Below are positions 29,561-40,550 of a DNA stretch of 64,000 bases, one piece after another. The notes under the pieces were generated by a model. It had not been told where the DNA came from. It worked only from the letters and a program-made list of their open reading frames with translations, and searched no databases. A program made the position numbers and the translations under genes. This stretch comes from Lama glama (Eukaryota): contig CM052817.1 in NCBI GenBank assembly GCA_028534125.1, positions 88,972,001-89,036,000 on the forward strand, read 5' to 3'. Position 1 is the first letter of the stretch; every line of letters begins with the position of its first letter.

Positions 29561-30409
29561 TTGCAAACCATGTCTTCATAACTTATATAAATGAAGGAAT
29601 AAATTATTTAATCATTGGTAATATTCAGTGACATTTATAAAATTGATTTAAATATATGTGCAGTTTAGCTTATTTGGAGAATTCTCATAAATATGCTATT
29701 TAAATTCAAAGAAGAATTTGACAGTTTGTATATCTGAGTTGTTAGTATATTTATAATAATTTTTGGACATGTTGCAAAAATGATTTCTTAGAGCATAACT
29801 GTCTAACATGATTTTGTATATATTAATGATATAAACCTGATATATCATTTTTTCATGCAGTTTGACACAAGCTATGAAATCAATGCTCCATCTGTATGTG
29901 AAAATTATATATGAAGTACGTTTTTCAAGAAGAAATTAAGTAATTACTATTTACCAAAAGTGCATGAGCAAATTCCAAATGATGACATACATAAAATATA
30001 AAAACTAAATGGTAAAAAATGATAAATTTCTGTAGTGCATTTGGGTGATCTGTACTTATGTGGATGCTTATTTATTTATGTATTTATTTATTTAACATAT
30101 CTTTCAGTTGAGCTTAACTCATTTCACTGATTGGGTAGCAACCTATTCCCTCATTGACTCTGTTACTAAAAGTCTGAGGCCAGTGTAATCCATGTTCAGT
30201 CTTTTTAGCACTCTCAAGCCCTGGTGATCTTGTGGGTCTGATAGGACCCACTGGTGTACTCACCTGAAGTTAATAGAATCACTACTAATCCTCTCAGTCT
30301 AAGTCCTATCCTCTATTTGTTCCTAGGTCTAGACTCCATGTCTCATAAGTTGTGCTGTGTAATCACCCTCTTCTTACCACAGAAATCCCATGACAGCTTT
30401 ATTGACTTC

Positions 30410-31292
30410 TTTTTTTTTTAATTGAAGAATAGTCTGTTTACAATGTTGTGTTAATTTCTAGTGTACAGCATAGTGATTCAGTTATATATTTGTACATATA
30501 TATATGTATTTCTTTTCATATTATTCTTCATTATAGGCTATTACAGGGTATTGAATATATTTCCCTGTACTATACAGTAGGACCTTTTATTTTTTTAATC
30601 TGTTTTGTATATAATAGTATCTGCAAATCCCAAACTCTCAGTTTATCCCTTCACTTCCCCTCTTCCCCTACTTTCTTCCCTGCCAACCATAGATTTGTTT
30701 CCTGTGTCTGTGAGTCAGTTTCTGTTTTGTAAATAAGTTCATTTGTGTGTGTGTGTGTGTGTGTGTTTTTCAGATTCTACAAATAAGTGATATTACATAG
30801 TATTTTTCTTTGTCTTTCTGGCTTACTTCACTTAGTATGACAATGTCCAGGTCCATCCATATTGCTGCAAATGGCATTATTTTATTCCTTTTTATGGCTG
30901 AGTAGTATTTCATTGTATAAATATACCACAACCTTTTTATCAGTCATTTGTCAGTGGACATTTAGGTTGTCTCCATGTCTTGGCTGTTGTAAACAGTGCT
31001 GCTATGAACACTGGGGTGCATGTATCTTTTTGAATTAACGTTCCCTCCAGATATATACCCAGGGGTGGGATTGTGGGATCATGTGGTAAGTCTAATTTTA
31101 GTTTTTTTAGGAATCTCCATACTGTTTTCCATAATGGCTGCACCAAACTCATTCCCCTCACTCCCCTCATTCCCACCAACAGTGTAGTTGGGTACACTTA
31201 TTCCACACCCTCTCCAGCATTTATTGTTTGTGGACTCTTTAATTATGGCCATTCTGACTGGTGTGAGGTGATACCTCATTGTAGTTTTGATT
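30410..31292 (-). mobile_element. 5'-truncated L1 (cetartiodactyl-type): ORF2 C-terminus, 3'UTR, poly(A)
   Basis: ORF fragments MRYHLTPVRMAIIK...NKCWRGC and [17 protein letters not shown]...DTCTPVFIAALFT; poly(T) 30410-30419; (TG)n at ~30745-30765. Confidence 0.95.
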
Positions 31293-31803
31293 CTTAAATC
31301 TCAGTGACATTCTGTATCTATGACTGGAGAACAACTGGGAAATTATGGGACCTTTTATATTTTACTGGAATTAGGTATTTTAGCTGATCAAATCAACAAT
31401 TTTACTCTGTTTCTCCTAGAAAAAGTAGATCTATAAAACACTGTAATCTATGTTCCAGAGTCTCAAAAATGGAGACAGAACATGATATTTATTTTTCTGT
31501 GACTTTCATTGATATTATCTGGGATTTTCTCTCTCTCTTTTGAACCATGTTTCAATCCATTAAAACACAGAGAATGGGAAGACTGATGAATCACTTTTAT
31601 TGAGTCCACCCTCTTAACTCTCTAGCAGGAAGATTCTAAGTTCCTTTCATTCTGATAAGATTGTTTCCAACATATCTCCTCTGACTTTTCAAAATCATCA
31701 CTTGTGTTAAGCTCTTTAGTCAAATCTTCAAACTTTGCTCTTAATAGATAACCAAGTCCAGTTTTTAAGATACTTGGCTCTCTAGGGACTCAGACAATGT
31801 TGA

Positions 31804-31956
31804 AGAAATTTATATTGAATCTAATAATTTCATTAAAATATTTACATGTTTTATTGCAAAGATATAATTTAAACTAAACTGACTAACTTTAGACATGCAG
31901 TCCTCTTAGAGATAACTGGTTAATAACTTCCACTGATAAATTATATTTAAGTCTTT
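31804..31956 (+). repeat. Copy 1 of a ~150-bp non-tandem direct duplication
   Basis: Aligns with 33489-33643 through shared blocks aatctaataatttcattaaaatatttaca, tttagacatgca, tcctcttagagataact and cactgataaattatatttaagtcttt. Confidence 0.9.
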
Positions 31957-33488
31957 GAGACTCAAATGTGTTTAGGTAGTTATGAATACTTTCCACTTGA
32001 GGAATTAATACCATTTATTCAACAATGTTGAAGAAAAAGATTGCCAAATACTTAAAAATAATTTGAAAGTTATTCCAGTTATATTAATGAAACATTTAAA
32101 TTTTTGTTGCTTTATCATATCATTTGAGACTTAGTGATGGTGACTTCCTTTATAAATCATATATTCGCATTTCACCATAAATTGACATTCCCTAAGAGTG
32201 ACACAGACAAACAAGGAGATGATTTGTTTTATCTTGCCGAGTTTTAGAGTTGAACATTCTAAAAATTATTATCCACTCACTTAGGAACTTATAAATCTTT
32301 CTGTATGGTGATTATTTAATTAATATGGTTATAGAGAACTACTAAAATAACATTTTTCTAGTCTGAAAAAGATTTTTATTAAATTTTTATAAGCACCCTC
32401 ACCTCATTAAGAAACTAATATAGTGAATTAATACAATGTGTTTTAATACATATTTCTAAAATCTCATTGCACTGCACCAGGTGATTCACTGGAAATGGTG
32501 AACACGGAGGACATTATTCCATCATTATAAAGGTCTTCAATTTTGCCATTAATTTTCTTTTTTATTACAGTCAGTAGGATGTCCTTTAGTTAATATCTCA
32601 GTGGAAATACCAGAAAATAGTTGTATAAAATAATTAGAGAATGAATTAAAATCATCCCATATTCCTATATAACCTCAGATTTGTTGTACTGAGATTTGGG
32701 GCAAAGAAATTTAAAAAAAAAGAAAGACTCTTACATAGTCATTTTTGATATCTGTTGTATTGAAATTGAGATACTTACGAAAGTTTAAAAACTGATTTGA
32801 TCATGAGTAGAAGTATCTTTCTGCTTGTATTTCACTTCGGAAGAAAAAGTGTTTTAAGAAATTGTATTTGTTTTTCAGTGTACATGTATCTCATCTGGTC
32901 ACACTCTTTCTAAAGCACCAGATGCAATTTAAGTAGCAAAAACATGCTGTAAAGAAGAATTGTCTCTCACCATGTAAAAAATCCAGCTATAGTAATTGAT
33001 ATCTGATATTGTTTAACAAAGTATTTAGAGCAATGCAATTGAAGAGAAAATACAGTGTCTTTCACATGGGCTATTTAGTAATGACATTCAAAAACGGCCT
33101 ATCAATATAAGTTCCTCTCCTTTAAATGACTAATGAAGAAATTTTATATTTAGTTTAATGCCCTCTTTAAAGAAGAGGTTTTATTTCCCCTCATAAAACA
33201 ATGGATTTAATAATATGAAATCTTTAATCATATTTCCTAGTCAGATTCTCTAAAATTAGTTGTAGTCGCCAATGCTGTCACTTGTTTTATAAAATGGATT
33301 CACAAACAGAACTGTTTTATAAACTTTATGTGACATTGTATCACTGTTTATGTCCTATAGTATAAATAATTTGTAAAGACTATTTTGTATCATATGTACT
33401 TACTGTATTGATTTTAATGTAGAAGTACTAAGTAAAGAGTTTCAGCTCTTGCTTATTTACATGATTCAACTGAAAAACTGCAGATGAT

Positions 33489-33643
33489 AGAAATTTATAC
33501 TAAATCTAATAATTTCATTAAAATATTTACACATTTTATTGCAAAAATTATCATTTAAACTGACAAAATTTAGACATGCAATCCTCTTAGAGATAACTCT
33601 GGCTAATTAATAACTTTCACTGATAAATTATATTTAAGTCTTT
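33489..33643 (+). repeat. Copy 2 of the ~150-bp direct duplication
   Basis: Same shared blocks as 31804-31956, offset 1685 bp. Confidence 0.9.
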
Positions 33644-34286
33644 TCATGCATTTTATACATTCAGAAAAAGCTGAATCACAACTGCTCATCTAAATAAATT
33701 ATCTAAAGTTGAACACCTATATAATCAGTGGACATTTTTGAAAAATAGAGCATTGCCAGCATGATAGACATTCCCTTCTCACTAATGCTACTGGGGCTAG
33801 GTGGTCAAATTTAGTGTCTTGACCTTCCAAGGAAGGGAATTCTGGTAAATTTTATACTCTGGGGGTTGGAAGCAAAGAATCCTCACGATAGGATTAAGGG
33901 TTCCCTGGAATGGGCCTGCTTTCGTGGGGACTAAAGCCTAGTTTCAAGTCACTTCAATCCCTGGTAAGGAATAAAGGTATACAAATGCTTTTTTCAAAAT
34001 CATTTCTGGTTCTTAAAATACAGACTTTTCCAAATTGCTGTCTGATGATGTAAACTCAGATAAATATTTTTTAAATAAATATTATTTTAAAATTGATACT
34101 AACATTTTAACTTTGTCTGTATCTATAATGGCACAACAAAAAGTCCTAAATGCTTATCAATTGAAAAATGTTAAATAAAGCATGCTTTAACTAAACTTTT
34201 TAATACTACACAAATAATTTCTAAAATCTACATTCGGCAAGCTAAAGGACTTTACATAAGTAAGAAAAGCCAGCTACATAGTGATA

Positions 34287-34641
34287 CAGTTGTCCCTTGA
34301 TATCTTCAGGGAGATTGTTTCCAGGACACAACCCTAATGCATCACCCAACCAAATACAAAAATCTAATGATAATCAAGTCCCTCATTTAAAATGGGATAG
34401 CATTTTCACATAATCTAGCAATCCTCCCACATACCTAATCATCTCTAGATTACTTATAATACCTAGTACAATGTAAATTCTATGCAAATAGTTGTAAATG
34501 CAATGAGAGTGCTACATAAATAGCTACCCTTGCAAATTCAAGTTTTGCTTTTAGGAATTTTCTAAAATTTTCCCCAAATATTTTTGATTGCTGTTGGTTG
34601 AATCCTCAGATGCCGAATCTGCAGCTATGAAGAGCTGACCG
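34287..34641 (+). mobile_element. MER2 (MER2B-like) TcMar-Tigger MITE with TA target duplication
   Basis: ta|cagttgtccct...aatcatctctagattacttataataccta...ggttgaatcc...agctgaccg|ta shows degenerate TIRs and TA on both sides. Confidence 0.85.
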
Positions 34642-34649
34642 TATACATG

Positions 34650-34962
34650 TAGGTTCACAAAGTCTTACTTGCATTTCAGAACCTCTAACCTGCAAAATTC
34701 TGAAAAGTGAATTTGTTGTAAACTAATTTGGTGATGAAGCTTAACCTGAATTGATATTAGTTTCTGCCTAATATTGTTTTGCTTTACTTAGTGTGGATTT
34801 CCATATGCTTTACTGCAGACATATTGATATGTTTGATCAAGGGACACTGCACAAATCCTGATCAGTTACTTGCATCACACTGTCCTTCTGAAATCTGAAT
34901 AAAATTCTTAATATTGAAGCACATCTAGCCCCAAAGTTTTGAAATATACAATTGTTGACCTA
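34650..34962. mobile_element. Probable second TcMar-Tigger-type MITE (MamRep434-like)
   Basis: Degenerate inverted ends aggttcacaa ... ttgttgacct and an internal cacatctagccccaaag motif. Confidence 0.4.
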
Positions 34963-35710
34963 AAATGTGATTTCTTTATATTTTACAAAATAAAACAGCT
35001 AACAATCCCCAAAATATGCATTTTCAAATATTTTGTGCATACAGATTAAAAAAAATGGAATATTATGTAAATGGTTATATACCATGCTGTTAACATTATT
35101 TTCTCCAGGAATGGTGGAAAGGAGATGGGTAAAGTTAGAGTTTTACATTCTAATTTATGTCTTGCATTATTTCATTAGTGACAGTATCTTGTATAAACTC
35201 TGTAAATTCAATGTTTTAAAAAATAATTTCCATGACAACCATTTTCCTTACTATATATTTGATTGAAATAAAGAGGATGTTTCCTCCTATGAGCCATCAA
35301 ATTTTTCTAAATCTTATGCTTAACCTTGTCCCTTACTTGAAAACTTCTTGGACTCTCCCCTTTCTCAGTAAATTCTCCCTGACTCCTAATCTTTCTGGCC
35401 TCAGCCACCCCACCATATTTTGTGGTTCATTCTTTTCCAACCAAAAACCTGCCAGTTGTTTATTTTGAAATTTTATTGATTTGTCATATAAAGTAATTTA
35501 AGTTTTCTTAGTTGAATCCTCAACCATTCATATTATACCTGAGGAGTCATATCTTTTTTTTATTGAAAATGAAGCTTAAATATGTTCCCCTGGTCTACTT
35601 CTCCTGGGGTATTTTCATAACTGCGTCAAGCTGTTAGAAAGAAATATTCTGCATATACACATATGTAAGTTGGATAAGAAAGAAAAAGGAATGTAATAAA
35701 CCATAAGAAA

Positions 35711-35860
35711 CAAGATTTTGTGGTAGCTCACAGCGAAAAAAAAATGTGACAATGAATATATGTATGTTCATGTATAACTGAAAAATTGTGCTCTACACTG
35801 GAATTTGATACAACATTGTAAAATGACTATAATTCAATAAAAAAAAAGTTAAAAAAAAAA
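35711..35860 (+). mobile_element. Very short 3'-end insertion of the young L1 family
   Basis: Highly similar to 45765-45902 (tggtagctcacag...tgttcatgtataactgaaaaattgtgct...acactggaatttga); A-tail; candidate TSD aagaaa at 35705-35710 and 35861-35866. Confidence 0.9.
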
Positions 35861-37109
35861 AAGAAATGCATCTCGACATAATTGTGCCAAGGGCAAGAAT
35901 TATAAACTTTAGTAATAGGATGAGCTCAGTAATGACAATTACAAAGAGATCAACTGAAACTCACAGGACACTACTCATACTATTTTAATATATTTTAAAT
36001 ATATGCAATTTATGTACTTATTCACATACTTATGTATTCACGTGCATCATTGAAATATATGTATACCTCACAAATTATATATACATATATCTGAAATACT
36101 CAAATAGTACTTATTTAGTTTTATTATTAAATAATCAGGTTTATTTTTTATTAAACAGGATATTTAGAAAAGTCATGTTTAAAATCTATAATATTCTAAA
36201 TAATGAGATTATTCATAATTGTATATTTGCCTCATGATAATTCTGTATTATACATATAGGTTTTATTATATAAACACTTATTTGTTAATGTTACAGGTGA
36301 CTGAAATCTATTGAATGAGTACATTTAATCCCCAGTGTTGGTAAGAGAAGATTTTTAAAACCAGGTGAACCCACTGAAGTGTCTATATTTGTGACAGTCA
36401 TTATAAAGTGATGATTGGGAGAGAAAAACAGCTGATCAATTAATACAAAGGCAAGTTCTCCGTTGGCTTTGACTTCAGTCTGTGGTAATGTACTCAATTC
36501 CTAAATTCAAGTAATACGCATTTAAATTAAGTGCATAAATCAAATTGTAATGCCAAACACAGTTAGCTTTTGTATTACTTAAGTTTCTAGTTTATTCAGT
36601 TGTTATTCTCTTTTGTTAATATAGATGAAATTAGATTATTTGATCCCTTATTTGAATTCTGAATGTGGTATTAAGTAACCAGATAAAGTCTTTGAAATAC
36701 ATTTTGGAAAACCTTTTCCTTTTGGAATCTGCTTAACCGTAATTTGAATCCATTTAAAGAATGCTATTGAGGAGACTGTATTGTTGTAGATGTATATGGA
36801 TATTTATTTTTAGCTTTTGTACTGAATACCTAAGCAACCTCTATGCTTAATCCACAAAAATATCTCCCAGAATCTTTATTATTTTGTTAAGTTGAATCAA
36901 CTTAAATGCTTTATTTTAGGTCATGAAGTCCAGATTAAAGTTATTGTTGGCAGCTTTACACAAGACATAAATAGATTTATGCTCCCTGATGATTATACAG
37001 TCCTATCTACAGCAGCAAAGCCCTCTAATGAAACACCTGTTGCCTAAAAAATAGAATCCATCAGGAGGCATGCTCAGCTAGAGCCTTCCACAATGCCATA
37101 ATACAAAAA

Positions 37110-37113
37110 TGTA

Positions 37114-37166
<53 letters not shown>

Positions 37167-37182
37167 ATATATATATATGTAT
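37110..37182 (+). repeat. Compound (TG)n(TA)n microsatellite
   Basis: Direct reading. Confidence 0.95.
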
Positions 37183-37941
37183 GGAACAGTGTCTCAATTT
37201 CCTGAACTATGGGCATGCATTTATTTTTAATTGAATAACTGCCTGGACCAAAATTACTCATTTATTTGTCTTATGTGTGGTAACATTTTAAAGAAGTATT
37301 AATATGCAGCTTTTATGACTTGAGCCTAGAAATATTATGATTATGAACTAAATGACAGTATCAGCTGTCACACACAGTGGCCATGTATCAAGGAATCACA
37401 CTAGCATTAGGTAGAACAGCAGGTCCATTTGTTCAAATGCTCACTGAACATATGAGTGATTTTCTCTAACAAGGTCCCCAGGGAATCAACTTGCATCCAT
37501 CACCACCTGCATCCTAACTGGAAGATAAGTATTTTAAACTCCTGCTAAAATATGTGATGTTTTAGGATTGAAATCAAGTACATGTCAGGAGCCAGAGAGA
37601 AATATACTGTTGGAATGCATACCAGATAAAATGTGGTAAAAACCAGTAACTGTTGATCTCGTCAGATTTTCATTTTTGTTCTTACATTTTATATATTATA
37701 AATACACGGTGATTTAAAAATAAGAAATGAAATTTCACAAGATTAGAAAATCAGACACTTTGGTTTTCCTAAAATGTGTATATACAATTACAATTTTTAA
37801 GGTTCAAGTGATATAAAACACAAACAGTACAATGGGTAAGACTGTTAGTATTTTGCTGAACTAATTAATTTCTTCAACAAAGTTCTTTCTTTCATGGGGC
37901 TTATTCTTTAGATAAGAGGAAAACCTTTAATTGATGAATCT

Positions 37942-38346
37942 TATGGCAGCCATAACCTATGGTGACCCCTAGGGATTCAGTTTTGTAAAGTTCTCTCCCT
38001 TTGAATGTGAGAGGCAGCTGTGATTTTTGTCTAAAACAATAGGATATGACAAAGGTGATGGGAGGTCACCTTTGATTAACTGTATTATGTGAAAATTCAT
38101 ATTAGCATACTTGAACATGAGATTTTCTGTGCTGGTTTTAAGTGAGGCAAACTGTCATGTTATGAACTAACCATGGAGACAGTGAAGAAGGCCACATGGT
38201 AGGGGACAATGGTCTGCCTCTAGAACCTGAGCAGCTTTCATTCATAGCCTATAAAAACCTGGGGATCAGAGGACCTATGAAAAACTTGAGCTAGCAAATG
38301 CGATAAGTTTGTGGTAGTCTTTTTTCCAGCACAGAAAACTAATGCA
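37942..38346 (+). mobile_element. MLT1 (E/F-like) LTR
   Basis: ctccctttgaatgtg...caaaggtgatgggaggtcac...ggccacatgg...taagtttgtggta...agaaaactaatgca. Confidence 0.7.
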
Positions 38347-38359
38347 ATGTGTATTTATT

Positions 38360-39230
38360 CATCCAGGATTAACATGAGTATATTGGCTTGAGCACCTTGC
38401 GGTGCCATTGATGTTCTGCCAGTTTGGCTGTAAACCTTGGACTAAATATTTAATGGTAATCTATGAGGATGAATTGTCAGGACTTCCTTGAATTATGTAA
38501 AGGAAGGAGTCCAAAGATTCAGGGAGATGGGCAGGTAGAATGTTCAAATTGCTCAGCCCTTTATCAACCATAAGTCTGAGAGGTACAGCTGGACACTTCC
38601 TTCATCAGGGTATTGATATATGTGTAGCTGAACATCCCTGGAAAACTCTGTGGCTGCCTTCAAAGTATATTATGGCAGAGGATGTTTACATGGAAATTGG
38701 GTGCTCTGGCCTCAATGAGATTACTGGGATTCAAGTATTACAGAGGTGGTGGTGCTTAACATTCCCAGATAATGTGGACTCAATACACAACAAATTAAAG
38801 AGAATTGAATAAATAAAATATTTTGATGGATGGGCAATTTATTAAGAAATCTATTGGCATATATTGGTGGATAAATTCTATGTCTGATGAGCAGATACTT
38901 AATGTGAATAGATATAGAAGTGATTTATGGCTTCTTAACTATTTCAGATGCAGACCTGTTTACATTCCTGAAATCTCTCAATTAAAGGGAAAACTTAAGT
39001 CTCTCCTGCAATGCTGTCACTGATCTATACTCTGAATCTTTCCCCAAACTTCCTCAGAAGTACTTGTTGCCATTTAACAGGTGACTACATTACAGAAAAT
39101 GTAACTAGATCCTTTACTGGAATTAAGAGATACTGTATCTGAACTGATATTAACCTCTGGTGATTAATATGTCACCACAATCTAGCAGTCACAGTAATGA
39201 GTATGAAGGTGATATGATAAAGGTGTTCTG
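38360..39230 (+). mobile_element. Degraded ERV-L internal region (gag to protease relic)
   Basis: aggaaggagtccaaagattcagggagatggg resembles ERVL gag; 39129 gat act gta tct gaa ctg ata tta = DTVSELIL resembles ERVL protease DTGSELTLI. Confidence 0.6.
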
Positions 39231-39359
39231 ATAATCCCTTGTGTAGAACTCGAAAATATAGTGTCTTACAACAACAACAATCATTAATTTTATTTAATTC
39301 ACAAATCTTCAACTTAGGCAAGATCCAGCATTATGTCTTGTCTCTGCTTCATCCATATG

Positions 39360-40460
39360 ATTTTGTTTTTATTTATTTTTCTAATTTGTTAAGGTGGTAG
39401 TTTAGATTGTTTATTTGAGATTTTTCTTGTTTTTTGAAGGCTTGTATCACTATGAACTTCATTCTTAGGATTGTTTTTGCTACATAACATAGATTTTATG
39501 TGGTTGTGTTTTCATTGTCATTTGTCTCAAGGAATTTTTGGTTTTTTTTTTTTTTCATCATTGACCCATTGTCTTTTTTTAGTACCAGTGGTGGGTTTTG
39601 GTAACAGGGTTTTTTTTTTCAGTACCAAAGCTACTTGGGACAGGACTCAAATTTTAGCCCTCCTTCTATAGTTTCTAGGACCCTGGGAATGGGCTCAGAT
39701 TTCAGCCCCACCACTGCTCAGGGGCAACCTGCCAGCAATCAAGCCTTTCAGAGCAATCCAAGGAGACAGCTATGGCTGGGAGCCATCCCTTCCCTCACAA
39801 GAGCTCATTAACAATGGACTTTTATGGCAGGGCGTGCCCAGTGAGCTCCTGGAGAAGGAGTTTGCTACAGTCAAGTTCTGACCCTCCCTTCTTGTGATCA
39901 TGTTAACAATGGGGCTTTTATGTTGGACTTGTGCTTCATCCTGCATACACTCCAAGTTTTAGCTCATACTTCATTTTAGCCCCTTCAGCCTGTCTCCACA
40001 CAGCCTACCCCAGTTCTTTCCCCTGGTCTGTCTTCTGAAGCCCGACCTTCAGCACCCTGTCCCGGAAGGCCTGCATTTTTGGCTAGAACTGCATGGAACC
40101 TCTGTGCTTGTTTCTCTGGTCTGTGTGCTGCAAAATGGCTTTTGTGCTCTCCTTTGAGCCTCTGAAACTCCCCTTCTGTCCCAGCTAATCTCTCCACTGT
40201 TGAAGGAACTTCCCAGGATGAGGGCATTTTTCCTTTCACTGATCCATTCCTGAGGCACAGGTCCCATCCCAGTTCTGTTTTGTTTTGTTTTCGTTCTGCC
40301 CGGTTACATGGAAATCTCTCTTGTAGTTTTGAATGTATGAGATCTGCCAAAATTCAGTAGCTGTTCTTTGAGAATTGTTCCACATGTAGATGTATTTCTG
40401 ATAAATTTATGGGAGAGGATGAGCTCCGTGAACTTTTATTCTGCCATCATGAAGCTCTTC
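39360..40460 (-). mobile_element. L1 remnant: 5'UTR (~40460-39600) joined directly to an ORF2 fragment (~39590-39360)
   Basis: Reverse strand begins ...atgatggcagaa...aaatacatctacatgtggaacaattctc (L1 5' end). The ORF2 piece reads like QWVN...FLETNDNENTT...KQEKSQINNL. Confidence 0.75.
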
Positions 40461-40464
40461 TTCA

Positions 40465-40550
40465 GGTCCTATCTTCTGATACTGCCACATTGGGTATTAG
40501 AATTTCAACATTTGAAATTTAGGGGGACACAAACATTCAAATCATAACAC
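40465..40550 (-). mobile_element. MLT1 LTR 5'-end fragment
   Basis: cacattgggtattagaatttcaacatttgaaatttagggggacacaaacattcaaatcataaca. Confidence 0.65.

Noticed and set aside
39985..40350. 121-aa minus-strand ORF
   Set aside because: Lies within the GC-richer L1 5'UTR; no recognisable protein motif.
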